Shown here: positions 51,186-60,417 of the stretch, piece by piece
Layout of the letters: every line of letters starts with the position of its first letter
Numbering within the stretch: the first letter of the stretch is position 1
Assembly: GCA_050309775.1 (NCBI GenBank)
Contig: JBNRMV010000013.1
Location: 13,255-77,254, forward strand
Source of the DNA: Christensenellales bacterium
GTDB taxonomy: Bacteria; Bacillota; Clostridia; Christensenellales; DTU072
DNA length: 64,000 nt
Direction: 5' to 3'
Notes under the pieces: generated by a model
The model's input: only the letters and a program-made list of their open reading frames with translations
Databases searched by the model: none
Told to the model about the DNA's origin: nothing
Position numbers and translations under genes: made by a program

Positions 51186-51216
51186 GGAAAAACCACCTTA
51201 ATAAATAAGGTGGTTT
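51186..51216 (-). terminator. Intrinsic terminator between yqzL-like ORF and recO
   Basis: Minus strand reads CCACCUUA-UUUAU-UAAGGUGG followed by UUUUU. It ends about 15 nt before the recO SD. Confidence 0.6.
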
Positions 51217-51242
51217 GTATCCGCTAGCTACTTCAATGAGCT

Positions 51243-51347
51243 TTATTCCCTAATTTCTTCATCCTTTATGGCTTTATACAACATATAATACCCGGCCTGA
51301 CCGCTTTTCTTAAATGTTTGCCATAATAAATCATCAATTTGTTTCAA
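51243..51347 (-). CDS. yqzL: YqzL-like small protein, 34 aa (not in ORF track)
   Basis: Hand translation from TTG (GAGGTG SD upstream) gives (M)KQIDDLLWQTFKKSGQAGYYMLYKAIKDEEIRE. It fits the W..F..TG....YLLYKE pattern of YqzL. The era-yqzL-recO position matches B. subtilis. Confidence 0.6.
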   Translation of the reverse strand: MKQIDDLLWQTFKKSGQAGYYMLYKAIKDEEIRE

Positions 51348-51445
51348 CTCTCACCTCTATAGCCTATAAGCGATTTCTAGCTTACAGTTATAGAATGTAT
51401 CAACCACTTTTTTATTATTCAGGAAATTTATTAAATTTTGTTTTC

Positions 51446-52825
51446 CTATTTTTTCAAATCATAACCCAGCTCCTTCATTATGTTGTCGCTGCCTCTCCAA
51501 TCCTCTTTTACCAGTACAAAAACAGTCAAAAAGACCTTTTTGCCTGTCATTGCTTCAATGTCCTGACGGGCATAACTGGCAATCTTCTTTATCATGCCGC
51601 CGCCCTTGCCTAATATAATCGGCTTGTGCGCAGCTTTTTCGCATATTATGTCCGCATCTATGTCTATGATTCCGTTGTCACGGTATTCAAACCTTGTGAC
51701 ATCTACGCCTATGCCGTACGGCACTTCCTTGTCCAACAAGCGCAGCGCCTTTTCTCTGATTATTTCCGACACCATAAACCGCAGGTTTTTGTCGGTGAAC
51801 ATATCGTCGGGATAATACTTTGTGTTGTCGGTCAGAAGCTCTTTGACTTCTTTCAGCACTATGTCGACATTTTTGCCTTTCAGCGCTGATATCGGCACAA
51901 TAGCTTTCAGCGCAGAGATATCTTTCAACTGCGTCAAAATACCGAATACTTTCTCTTTCGTGACATGGTCAATTTTGTTTACCGCCACTATAACATTAAG
52001 CCCGTTGCCGGCATAGCCGTTTATGTTCTGCATATCCTTGCTGTCAATTCCCTTTTCGGCATCAATGATAAATACCACAGCGTCTACGCCTTCAATCGCC
52101 GCCCGCGCGGCTTTCATCATGTATCTGCCCAAATTGTTCTTCGGCGTATGCAGTCCGGGCGTGTCGATAAATACTATCTGTGTGTTTTCGTCGTTGTAGA
52201 TGCCCAATATTTTGTTTCTGGTCGTCTGCGGCTTCCATGACACAATGGATACTTTCTCGCCGACAATACTGTTTATAAGCGTTGATTTGCCGGCATTTGG
52301 TCTGCCCAAAACGGCAATAAAGCCGGACTTGAAGTGCTGTTCGCTCTTTTCTCTGCTTAAGCCCAGTTTTTTATCCAGTATGGTATATTGCAATTCTGTC
52401 ATAATCTTTTCGTCCTCTTCGTCTTTGTGGTCGTATCCCAGCAAGTGCAACACGCCGTGGCAAGTCAAAAAGCTGATTTCACGCTCTATGCTGTGTCCGT
52501 ATTCTCTTGCCTGTTCGGCGGCTTTTTTTGTGCAAATAAATATTTCGCCTAAGATTACCGCCCCATCTTCAGGGTTTTGCATCGTCGGATATTCGTTTTT
52601 GTCAAAGGGTACGGAAAACTTTGCCGAGGCAAAACTCAATACATCTGTAATTTTGTCAATGTCTCGATAGCTTTGGTTTAGCGCCTTTATTTGTTCGGCG
52701 CTGACTGTGTTTATTTCGATATCAACATCGGCTTCATTTATGTCCAAATGCTCTATTGTCGACAATGCTGCGTTGCGTATTATTTCTTCGTAGCCTTGTT
52801 TCCTATGCTGGTAAATCTTAATCAT
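51446..52825 (-). CDS. ybeY/era: Fusion protein: YbeY endoribonuclease (aa 1-~150) plus GTPase Era (aa ~165-459)
   Basis: One uninterrupted 459-aa frame. YbeY zinc motif HGVLHLLGYDH. Linker LGLSREKSEQHF. Era motifs G1 GRPNAGKST, G3 DTPG, G4 NKID, and the C-terminal KH domain. Confidence 0.85.
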   Translation of the reverse strand: MIKIYQHRKQGYEEIIRNAALSTIEHLDINEADVDIEINTVSAEQIKALNQSYRDIDKITDVLSFASAKFSVPFDKNEYPTMQNPEDGAVILGEIFICTKKAAEQAREYGHSIEREISFLTCHGVLHLLGYDHKDEEDEKIMTELQYTILDKKLGLSREKSEQHFKSGFIAVLGRPNAGKSTLINSIVGEKVSIVSWKPQTTRNKILGIYNDENTQIVFIDTPGLHTPKNNLGRYMMKAARAAIEGVDAVVFIIDAEKGIDSKDMQNINGYAGNGLNVIVAVNKIDHVTKEKVFGILTQLKDISALKAIVPISALKGKNVDIVLKEVKELLTDNTKYYPDDMFTDKNLRFMVSEIIREKALRLLDKEVPYGIGVDVTRFEYRDNGIIDIDADIICEKAAHKPIILGKGGGMIKKIASYARQDIEAMTGKKVFLTVFVLVKEDWRGSDNIMKELGYDLKK

Positions 52826-52836
52826 CGGTTACCTTC

Positions 52837-54291
52837 TTATTTTTTATCATCGTAAGCAATTCTGTTGTGGAACACTCCGGGCAACGCCTCTACTAAAGTA
52901 TCTTCAATTTTTTTCAGCTGCTTAAAAGTAATGTTGCTGTTGTCAAACTGTCCCTGACTGTGTTTTTCGTCTATCAATTTGTGGACAAAAGCGCGCATGA
53001 CCGCCGGGTCGGCAGAGATGCCTTGAGCCCTTGTTGCCGCCTCTACTGTGTCAGCTATCATTATTATGGCGCTGACCTTGCTTGACGGAATGGGTCCGCC
53101 ATAGCTGAAATCCTTTCTTTCTACGCTGTCCTCCGTCAATTTTTTTACTTTATTGTAAAAATAATTGACATATGTTGTGCCGTGATGCTCCAGCGCTATA
53201 TTGGCGATTGCGTCGGGAATGTGTTCTTTCTTTAATAAATCATAACCCCATTTCGTATGCTGCGTAATGACATATACGGAAACTTCCGGAATAAAATCGT
53301 CATGCGGATTGTAACCTTTTTGGTTTTCGACATAGCAAAGCGGGTCTTTGAGTTTACCCACATCGTGATAATAAGCCGCCGCCTTAGCCAACTGCGGATT
53401 CTCTCCGATAGCCAGCGCGCAAAGCTGCGCCAGGTTGCCCACGGCAAGGCTGTGATTAAATGTGCCGGGCGCCTCCTCGCTCAACCGTTTGAGCAGTTTT
53501 GTGTCAAATGAGCAAAGTTCTTCAAGTCCGAAGTTTGTCGTAAGTTTGAACAACTTTTCAAAAGCCGGCAAAACAGTAATGAACAGCGAAACCGAAAGCA
53601 GCACCGAAAGCATGGTCCATAGCCCGGCATAAAGCACATTCTTTAGGGAATAGTTGATAAATGCGGCTATCAACATGGCTACGGGCGCCATACAAAACGA
53701 AATAAAAAGACCGTTGAGAAGGAACTTCATTCTTGTATAAGTCTTTTCCATCATCAAAATCATATAAGTTCCCGACACTATGCCTGCCAACATGGCTGTT
53801 GCCGTTGCCATAATGCCTTCAATGCCGAATATCATGGTAAAAGTAAAGAAGAATCCAAGGTTTATGAGAAAATTTGCGGTTAGTCCCACCCGCCTGTCTA
53901 TCAGAATACTGATAAGCAATCCGCTCAACGCCAGCGGCATAATGGCAATGCTTATGGCGTTGCCGAATAATATTGACACGACCAAAGTAAGGGCTATTGA
54001 CAGCATGAGTACGCCAACCAAACGCTTGTTTTCAAGCAACTCCTTTTTGCTTTGGGCAATGTAGAAATAAAGCAAAAATATAATTATGGCAAGAATGCCT
54101 GCAAGCGCAAACACCTGTCGAAGCTGTACGCCGTCTTTCATTGCGTCGGCAAAGCCGCTGAACCCTACATATGTCAACTTTATTAAAAAAGCCACAGCAA
54201 GCGAAAATACAGCAAGCTGGACATACTTTACCCATTGTCTTTTGAAAAAACTCTTTTTTGTCACTTGAGGAATTTTTTGTTGTTCTTGCAT
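52837..54291 (-). CDS. pgpH: 7TM-receptor HD/HDIG phosphohydrolase (PgpH/YqfF-like, putative c-di-AMP phosphodiesterase)
   Basis: 484 aa with seven TM helices, then the HD domain HSLAVGNLA...YYHDVGK...EHHGT. Confidence 0.75.
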   Translation of the reverse strand: MQEQQKIPQVTKKSFFKRQWVKYVQLAVFSLAVAFLIKLTYVGFSGFADAMKDGVQLRQVFALAGILAIIIFLLYFYIAQSKKELLENKRLVGVLMLSIALTLVVSILFGNAISIAIMPLALSGLLISILIDRRVGLTANFLINLGFFFTFTMIFGIEGIMATATAMLAGIVSGTYMILMMEKTYTRMKFLLNGLFISFCMAPVAMLIAAFINYSLKNVLYAGLWTMLSVLLSVSLFITVLPAFEKLFKLTTNFGLEELCSFDTKLLKRLSEEAPGTFNHSLAVGNLAQLCALAIGENPQLAKAAAYYHDVGKLKDPLCYVENQKGYNPHDDFIPEVSVYVITQHTKWGYDLLKKEHIPDAIANIALEHHGTTYVNYFYNKVKKLTEDSVERKDFSYGGPIPSSKVSAIIMIADTVEAATRAQGISADPAVMRAFVHKLIDEKHSQGQFDNSNITFKQLKKIEDTLVEALPGVFHNRIAYDDKK

Positions 54292-54308
54292 GTTTTATCC
54301 TTATTGTT

Positions 54309-55415
54309 TTAGTTTATCCTAATTTCTACCTCATAGTATATATCTAATTGCACTATTTTGTCCAGTCTTTTTATTTCATACCATTTTCTCAGCCTGACGG
54401 CGTCTTCCGGCAGTTGCGTCTCCAGTTCGGCAGTTGCTTCCTTAATGAGAATGTCCGCTTGGTCGTCAAAATCAAAAGGCACAATGTTTTTTTCGGTCTC
54501 AAAATATGTATGCCTGACGGCTTTTATAGGCACAACTCCGCCTAGATATACCGTTTGCGTTTGCTTTTGGCTGTAAATATAGGGGTCCTTGGGCGGTTTT
54601 ATCCAGCCAAGCATCTTTATGTCATAATACGACACGCTCTTGCCCGTTCGGCAATACTCCACGACATACGGTTGATATGTCTTCGTGTTTCTGAACCAAA
54701 CCTTGCCGTATACTTCTCCGCCCGCCTTGCTCTCAACCGTTGTTTTTTCGTCCTGCAAAAGGTACGGCGCAATCAAAAGCTGACCTTTCAGCACAGGCTG
54801 ACCTTCTTTTACCAAGGGAGTGCCGCATGTCACAAACATTCGAGTGATTACGCTATCGTATTTTGACTTTATAGGTACAAAGTCGGCGCGGATATCCTCA
54901 ATCGAGGTATGCGGCAACTCCTCAAGCACAACCACCTTTATTTTTGTGCCTCTTTTCTCCACGCTTGCGCTGCTTATGCCCTCAATGGACATTATTTGCC
55001 TTTCCAGCCTTTTTGTGTCAACATTGGCATTAAATAGCGGTAAATCAATATTTTCGGCAAGTTTTTCCTTAATTATTGCCGTTTCTATGTATTTGTTTCC
55101 TTCAATTTCAATGTTAAAAATGCAAAGCGAATACACCGTCAGCGCCACAATAAAAAAAGCCAAACCAATGATAGCGCCTATTCTTTTTTTTGCCGCGCTG
55201 AAGAAAAACTTTGTGCCTCTCCTTTTTGTCACTTCAAATTTCCTGTTGAATTCCAACAAATGCTGTTGACATTTTTCAAGCTGCTTGCCCTCTATGGCAA
55301 ATTTCAGACAGTCGTCGCAGACTTTTACTTTGCGTATGCGAATAAGCCGTTTTGACAACAAGTTGAGCGGAAAAATCGCCTTGCCTTTTATTGTAATTTC
55401 TGCGCGGTCTTTCAT
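54309..55415 (-). CDS. yqfD: Sporulation protein YqfD
   Basis: 368 aa with a single central TM, YqfD-like architecture, and a 4-nt overlap with yqfC. Confidence 0.8.
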   Translation of the reverse strand: MKDRAEITIKGKAIFPLNLLSKRLIRIRKVKVCDDCLKFAIEGKQLEKCQQHLLEFNRKFEVTKRRGTKFFFSAAKKRIGAIIGLAFFIVALTVYSLCIFNIEIEGNKYIETAIIKEKLAENIDLPLFNANVDTKRLERQIMSIEGISSASVEKRGTKIKVVVLEELPHTSIEDIRADFVPIKSKYDSVITRMFVTCGTPLVKEGQPVLKGQLLIAPYLLQDEKTTVESKAGGEVYGKVWFRNTKTYQPYVVEYCRTGKSVSYYDIKMLGWIKPPKDPYIYSQKQTQTVYLGGVVPIKAVRHTYFETEKNIVPFDFDDQADILIKEATAELETQLPEDAVRLRKWYEIKRLDKIVQLDIYYEVEIRIN

Positions 55416-55675
55416 AGCACTCTTTCAACACGCACAATTGCGCCACTGATATAAATTTGGTCACAGTTTATTTCGACAATTTTAAGCGCTGAGCCGATTA
55501 TTTTTAACTGGCTTTTTTTCAGTTGAATGACTATCTCTTCCTTGGAATATGAAAAGATGCCCTTATGTCCCTCTATAACCGCCGCCGAAAAATCGACAAC
55601 ATAAATATTTTCACCGCCTATGCAGTCGGATAGCGGCAGCGCGCATTTTATTATTATGTCATTGTAGCTTGGCAT
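55412..55675 (-). CDS. yqfC: YabP/YqfC family sporulation protein
   Basis: 87 aa with the YabP-type pattern (...VIEGHKGIFSYSKEEIVIQLKKSQLKIIGSALKIVEI...ISGAI). Confidence 0.75.
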   Translation of the reverse strand: MPSYNDIIIKCALPLSDCIGGENIYVVDFSAAVIEGHKGIFSYSKEEIVIQLKKSQLKIIGSALKIVEINCDQIYISGAIVRVERVL

Positions 55676-55717
55676 AATAATATTTTATTTGTTATTGGGG
55701 AATAAATGACAATAAAT

Positions 55718-56629
55718 CTATTTTTGCATTGCTCTCAATTTTTGCAATACATTTTCAAAATAATCGGGCAAAGGCGCCTCAAATGTCATTCTTTCTTGTG
55801 TCATTGGGTGAGTCAGAACCAGTTTGTATGAATGCAAAAGCTGTCCTTTCAAGCCGAATTTGTCCTTTCTGCCATAAGTGACATCGCCAACAATGGCGTG
55901 GTTGATTGCTTTGCAATGCACTCTTATTTGGTGAGTTCTGCCGGTTTGCAGCCTGAACTCAACAAGCGTGAAATCTCCAAAGCGTTCGACAATACGATAA
56001 TCCGTCACCGCCCGCCTGCCATTGGGGTCTATTGCCATAATTTTTCGGTTGGTCTTGTGACGGGCTATCGGCATATCAAGTCTGCCGCTGTCTTCTTTTA
56101 TGTTGCCCTCTACAAGCGCAATATAGTATCTTTCCGCCGCCTTGTCGGCAATCTGCTTTGCAAGCGACAAATGAGCGGTGTTGTTCTTTGCCACCACAAG
56201 CAATCCCGATGTATCTTTGTCCAGCCTATGCACAATGCCCGGTCGGAAAACACCGTTTATGCCAGACAAGTCCTTTATGTGATACAAAGCGGCATTTACA
56301 AGCGTATTGTCGGGCGTACCTACAGCCGGGTGAGTCACCATGCCTTGCGGTTTGTTTATGACGGCTATATCTGCGTCCTGAAAAACAATTTCAAGCGGAA
56401 TGTCCTGCGGCTTTGCGTCCGGCTCTTTCGGCTCCTCAACAATGACCTTTATTTCGCCGCCTTTGATTTCCGCGCCGCTTTTTGTCACCGCCGCGCCGTC
56501 AACAAATACCATTCTGTTCTCTATCAGGGTCTTTATACGAGAACGGGTTTGGGACATTTGTTGCGACAGATAAATATCAATACGGGTACCTTTATCTTCG
56601 GATTTGGGATAATAAAAAAGCTCTTTCAT
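55718..56629 (-). CDS. rluD: RluA-family 23S rRNA pseudouridine synthase (RluD-like)
   Basis: N-terminal S4 domain and catalytic motif HRLDKDTSGLLVVAK. Confidence 0.9.
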   Translation of the reverse strand: MKELFYYPKSEDKGTRIDIYLSQQMSQTRSRIKTLIENRMVFVDGAAVTKSGAEIKGGEIKVIVEEPKEPDAKPQDIPLEIVFQDADIAVINKPQGMVTHPAVGTPDNTLVNAALYHIKDLSGINGVFRPGIVHRLDKDTSGLLVVAKNNTAHLSLAKQIADKAAERYYIALVEGNIKEDSGRLDMPIARHKTNRKIMAIDPNGRRAVTDYRIVERFGDFTLVEFRLQTGRTHQIRVHCKAINHAIVGDVTYGRKDKFGLKGQLLHSYKLVLTHPMTQERMTFEAPLPDYFENVLQKLRAMQK

Positions 56630-57120
56630 TGTTTTTCGGCGGCCTTTCCTTTCTCTTTGTAAAAGAAAAGCACATAGATTACGAGCAGAATAGTGCCTAT
56701 TGTCAGGCAGACATCAGCCATATTAAAAACAGCAAACTCCACAAAGTCATATTCCATAAAGTCACGCACATAGCCCAACCACACTCTGTCAACAAGGTTG
56801 CCTACGGCGCCGCCGATAATAAGTATAAGCGATGACCGCAGCAATATGTGGCGGTGCTTTATGCTGCCTATAAGAAAAGCCAACAGCCCGGCGGAGGATA
56901 CCGCCGACACAATGGTCAGCAACAAAGTGTTCGACGAAAGCATGCCGAAAGAGGCTCCCTCATTTCTGACGGCAACAAAGGACAACACGCCTTTTATAAA
57001 GGATATCCTGCCTTGCGCTTCTGCTTTGGCATAGATTGTTTCTTTTGTGATAAGGTCAAGCGCAATAACTGCGCCGACAAGCAACAATTCAATTATTATA
57101 TATTTGATATACTTTTTCAT
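56626..57120 (-). CDS. lspA: Lipoprotein signal peptidase II
   Basis: 164 aa with 4 TM helices. Motifs NEGASFG and GGAVGNLVDR. Confidence 0.9.
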   Translation of the reverse strand: MKKYIKYIIIELLLVGAVIALDLITKETIYAKAEAQGRISFIKGVLSFVAVRNEGASFGMLSSNTLLLTIVSAVSSAGLLAFLIGSIKHRHILLRSSLILIIGGAVGNLVDRVWLGYVRDFMEYDFVEFAVFNMADVCLTIGTILLVIYVLFFYKEKGKAAEKQ

Positions 57121-57431
57121 TTTTGTCCTTTTGGCAATTTTGTCTTAATGCTAAGTCCCTTGGGCAGCAATATATACATTTTGCTTTTAATCTGTTCAAT
57201 TTTTGCGTTCAGCGCATATACCGCTCCGCTCAAAAAATCCAGCATACGCTGTGCCAGCGCCGATTCGGTGTTTTCAAAATCGACAACAAGCCCCTCTCCT
57301 TTCTTCAAGCTGTCCAACAATTGTTGCAGCTCGTCAAAATTCTTCGGGCATATGACATTGACATCACGCTTGGGCATTCTGCGCCTTGTGATTTTTTGCT
57401 CGCCTTGCAAATATTCGAGAAATCCTCCCAT
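57117..57431 (-). CDS. sepF: Cell division protein SepF (short form)
   Basis: 104 aa. The core VICPKNFDELQQLLDSLKKGEGLVVDFE...AQRMLDFLSGAVYAL matches the SepF/DUF552 domain. Confidence 0.8.
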   Translation of the reverse strand: MGGFLEYLQGEQKITRRRMPKRDVNVICPKNFDELQQLLDSLKKGEGLVVDFENTESALAQRMLDFLSGAVYALNAKIEQIKSKMYILLPKGLSIKTKLPKGQK

Positions 57432-57436
57432 ACCTT

Positions 57437-58090
57437 TTACTTCCTTTCGCCGAAAATTGCTCTGCCCAGCCTGACTAAGTTGGCTCCGCTTTCGGCGGCT
57501 CTCAAATAATCGTTACTCATGCCCATTGACAGCAACCCTATCGACGGATATGCGGCTTTCAACTTGGCATATTCCGCATATGCTGCGTCAAAGCACCTTT
57601 GCAACTCTGTTGCGCTGATATCAAGCGGCGTAACCGCCATAAGCCCAAGCAGCCGCACATTCTGATATTCCATTACTTTTTCGGCAAAGGCTGACACCTC
57701 TTCAATGTACAATCCGCCCTTTTCTTTCTCTCTGCCTGTATTCGTTTCAATAAGTATGTCCTGTATCTTGCTCTTTTTTGCGGCTTCTTTGTTTATGGTT
57801 TGGAGCAAAGACAGTCTGTCAACGCTGTGAATAAGGCGTGTTTTGTCTATGATATATTTTACTTTGTTGGTTTGCAGCTGTCCGATAAAATCCCATTGAA
57901 TGCTGTCGTCATATTTTGCAACAAACTCCTGCACTCTGTTTTCACCCGCCGCCGATATCGGAGTATTGCGGATTATGTCCAAAATTTCGTCAATGGTGCG
58001 GGTTTTTGTTGCGGCAACAATCTCAATGTCTCCGCCGACCTGTTCCAACTGTTTTTTGATTTCAAAAACTCTGTCCGCTATTATGCTCAT
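57437..58090 (-). CDS. yggS: YggS family pyridoxal-phosphate homeostasis protein
   Basis: VAATKTRT (PLP Lys), FIGQLQTNKVKY and the C-terminal RLGRAIFG. Confidence 0.9.
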   Translation of the reverse strand: MSIIADRVFEIKKQLEQVGGDIEIVAATKTRTIDEILDIIRNTPISAAGENRVQEFVAKYDDSIQWDFIGQLQTNKVKYIIDKTRLIHSVDRLSLLQTINKEAAKKSKIQDILIETNTGREKEKGGLYIEEVSAFAEKVMEYQNVRLLGLMAVTPLDISATELQRCFDAAYAEYAKLKAAYPSIGLLSMGMSNDYLRAAESGANLVRLGRAIFGERK

Positions 58091-58151
58091 AAAAGAATGA
58101 TATCATAATCGGCAACTTTTTTCAACAACCTGCATACACTTGCGCTGAAAG

Positions 58152-58191
58152 AAAAAAGCTGATTTGGCATGCAGCGTAAATCAGCTTTTTT
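58152..58191. terminator. Intrinsic terminator after the SSB-like gene
   Basis: Hairpin AAAGCTGATTT/AAATCAGCTTT flanked by A6 and T6 runs. Confidence 0.7.
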
Positions 58192-58213
58192 CCTATATAG
58201 GCATGGCTCTCTA

Positions 58214-58876
58214 TTAAAAATCGTCGTTGTTGTCTTCAAAACAAGAGCAGTCGCATTCGTTGCTGTCGTCGGTGCTTATTCTGTTTATGCTGACCTCGTA
58301 CGCTACCTTGGTTTCCGGCTCGCCGAATTCATTGAGCTTTTGGTAAGTTCTGGACTGAATTCTACCGTTTATTATCAGCTTTTCGCCTACCGGCATATCC
58401 TTTACGAACCTTGCGTTTCTGCCCCACGCTATGCACGGTAAATAATCCGATTTGTTGTAGGCGCGGTTCACCGCCATGAGTATGTCGCAAATCTCTCTCT
58501 TGAACGGCGTTGTTCTGTATACCGGCAGCTTGCAGATATACCCTGTTATGTCTATGCTGTTCGGGTTTCGGTCGGGTTCATAATCGAGGACATCCCGTAC
58601 AAACACTGTCAGAAGCAGTCTGGAGCGCCCGTCAATCACCTTGTTGTAGCTGCGCAGCTGTCCTGTCAGTGTCACCAGTTCGGCGCCCATTCTTTCGTCG
58701 GCAAGCAACCGCTCTGATATGGTGATAGGCACGACATCGACTTGCTCGCTGAGTCTGGGAACGGTAATAAACGCCTCATAAAATCCCTCTCCGAACATCT
58801 GATGTGAAAATTCCGGTTCCCCTTCGATACGCCCGGAAAGCGTGACTACATTGTTCGTCATCAATTCATAACTCAT
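58214..58876 (-). CDS. SSB-like protein with two tandem OB folds and a Cys-rich acidic C-terminal tail
   Basis: 220 aa. OB1 is NNVVTLSGRIEGEPEF...VTLTGQLRSYN. OB2 is NSIDITGYICKLPVYRTT...LMAVNRAYNKSDYLPCIAWGRNARFV...INGRIQSRTYQ...YEVSINRI (SSB-like N.v.l.G/..AWG..A/..GR.QSR.Y). The tail is TDDSNECDCSCFEDNNDDF. Confidence 0.65.
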   Translation of the reverse strand: MSYELMTNNVVTLSGRIEGEPEFSHQMFGEGFYEAFITVPRLSEQVDVVPITISERLLADERMGAELVTLTGQLRSYNKVIDGRSRLLLTVFVRDVLDYEPDRNPNSIDITGYICKLPVYRTTPFKREICDILMAVNRAYNKSDYLPCIAWGRNARFVKDMPVGEKLIINGRIQSRTYQKLNEFGEPETKVAYEVSINRISTDDSNECDCSCFEDNNDDF

Positions 58877-58901
58877 AATTCTATGTACTCCTTATTCTTG
58901 A

Positions 58902-59660
58902 CTATTGTTTAGCAAACTGTCTGCCATTATGGTCTATGTAGTAATTCTGCTGCAAAACAAGTTCATCCATTCGCACGGAGGCAATCCCCTTGTTTTTTAG
59001 TCCCATCAATATTAGCGGCAATGCGTCCAATATGTGGTCGCTGTTGTTATGACACAATATTATTGACCCTGCCTTTGCCCTCGAAAGCACTCTTTCCGCC
59101 ATTTGCGCTCCGCTAAGACCTTTCCAGTCAAGGCTGTCAACATCCCATTGTATACAGAGCATATTCAGTTCTTCAATGCTGGCTAGTACTTTGTTGTTAT
59201 ATTCCCCAAAAGGCGCCCTGAAAAAGATTGTATCTTTGCCGGTGGCGTCCCTTATTTTTTTGTTGGTTACCTGTATTTCTCTTTTTATGTCTTCTGCCGA
59301 CAGCTTGGACATATGCAGGTGATTTGTGCTGTGGTTGCCTATCAAAAAGCCCCTCTCGTCAATCTCCTTGACCATCTCCGGATATTTGTCTATCCAAAAA
59401 CCAACAAGGAAGAATGTAGCTTTCATTTCGTAACGGTCAAGCAAATCCATGATTTGCCGCGTCTTGTCGGCGCCCCACGCCGCATCGAACGACAACGCAA
59501 CTTTTTGTGTTTTGCATTCGACGCTATATATTGGAAGTTTCTTTGAGGCGGAAAAAGCGTTTGTGACTTTTGGATTCAGAAATATTGAAGCTGTTACACT
59601 TAGTACTGCTATCAGCAAAATGACGATAATCAATCTGCTTTTCTTCATCACAACAAACAT
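58902..59660 (-). CDS. Polysaccharide deacetylase (NodB/CE4) family protein, membrane-anchored or secreted
   Basis: N-terminal signal/anchor. Motifs LSFDAAWG, ATFFLVG and GNHSTNH (CE4 motifs). Confidence 0.85.
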   Translation of the reverse strand: MFVVMKKSRLIIVILLIAVLSVTASIFLNPKVTNAFSASKKLPIYSVECKTQKVALSFDAAWGADKTRQIMDLLDRYEMKATFFLVGFWIDKYPEMVKEIDERGFLIGNHSTNHLHMSKLSAEDIKREIQVTNKKIRDATGKDTIFFRAPFGEYNNKVLASIEELNMLCIQWDVDSLDWKGLSGAQMAERVLSRAKAGSIILCHNNSDHILDALPLILMGLKNKGIASVRMDELVLQQNYYIDHNGRQFAKQ

Positions 59661-59802
59661 TTTCTTACCCCTTACATACTATCACAAGACCAAAGACGAA
59701 TATAAACATATTTTGTCAAATAATGTCTACTTGAGGATTTCCTCAAATTAGTAATAGATTATGCGAAGAAAACTTGTGTTATTACTTGTATATATATTCG
59801 CG

Positions 59803-60333
59803 TTATTTTGTTTTCACTTTGTGTCGGCTCAAAAGGAATTCCAGCTTGCCTGTGTTGGCTTCGTCAAAGGAAAGTCTGGGCGATATGGCTCTTGTGGTGT
59901 CATAGCCTGCTTCGTCCATAAAGAAGAATACCTTGCCGTTCTCTATTCTATACTCATACAGATGCAGCCAGTTTATGTACCGAAAAGGCGTGACTATGCC
60001 GCTGTCAAGCACGGCAAACTGGCAAGTCATCATCTTTATGGTAAGGGCGGCAAACATCCCCAAAATTACTATCAGCGAGCCAAAAATAAAATATAGGCCC
60101 GAAGTAAACATTAGCACCGCTGCCACAGCCATAAGTATGGCAAAAATCGACACCAATATGATATGCCATATTTTTGTATAATATAGCGGTATCAATATGA
60201 TAGCAGCCTTGTATTGCTGCTTCAGGTGGCGAATCTTTCGCATGGCTCTCGAACACAGCAAAATTGCTGCAACGGCGGTGAGAATCATCATCAAATCAAT
60301 AATCAATGTAGACATAACAATATTATAAATCAA
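59803..60333 (-). CDS. Hypothetical membrane protein (3-4 TM plus a soluble C-terminal domain)
   Basis: 176-aa ORF with hydrophobic N-terminal helices. The overlapping plus-strand ORF looks like a shadow. No family recognised. Confidence 0.5.
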   Translation of the reverse strand: MIYNIVMSTLIIDLMMILTAVAAILLCSRAMRKIRHLKQQYKAAIILIPLYYTKIWHIILVSIFAILMAVAAVLMFTSGLYFIFGSLIVILGMFAALTIKMMTCQFAVLDSGIVTPFRYINWLHLYEYRIENGKVFFFMDEAGYDTTRAISPRLSFDEANTGKLEFLLSRHKVKTK

Positions 60334-60417
60334 ATCAACATTTTTTTCAATGCTTATTCAATTCTTCCTCAATAATAATTAGTTTTAATTATACCAAATA
60401 ATATCGCAAGGTCAATG

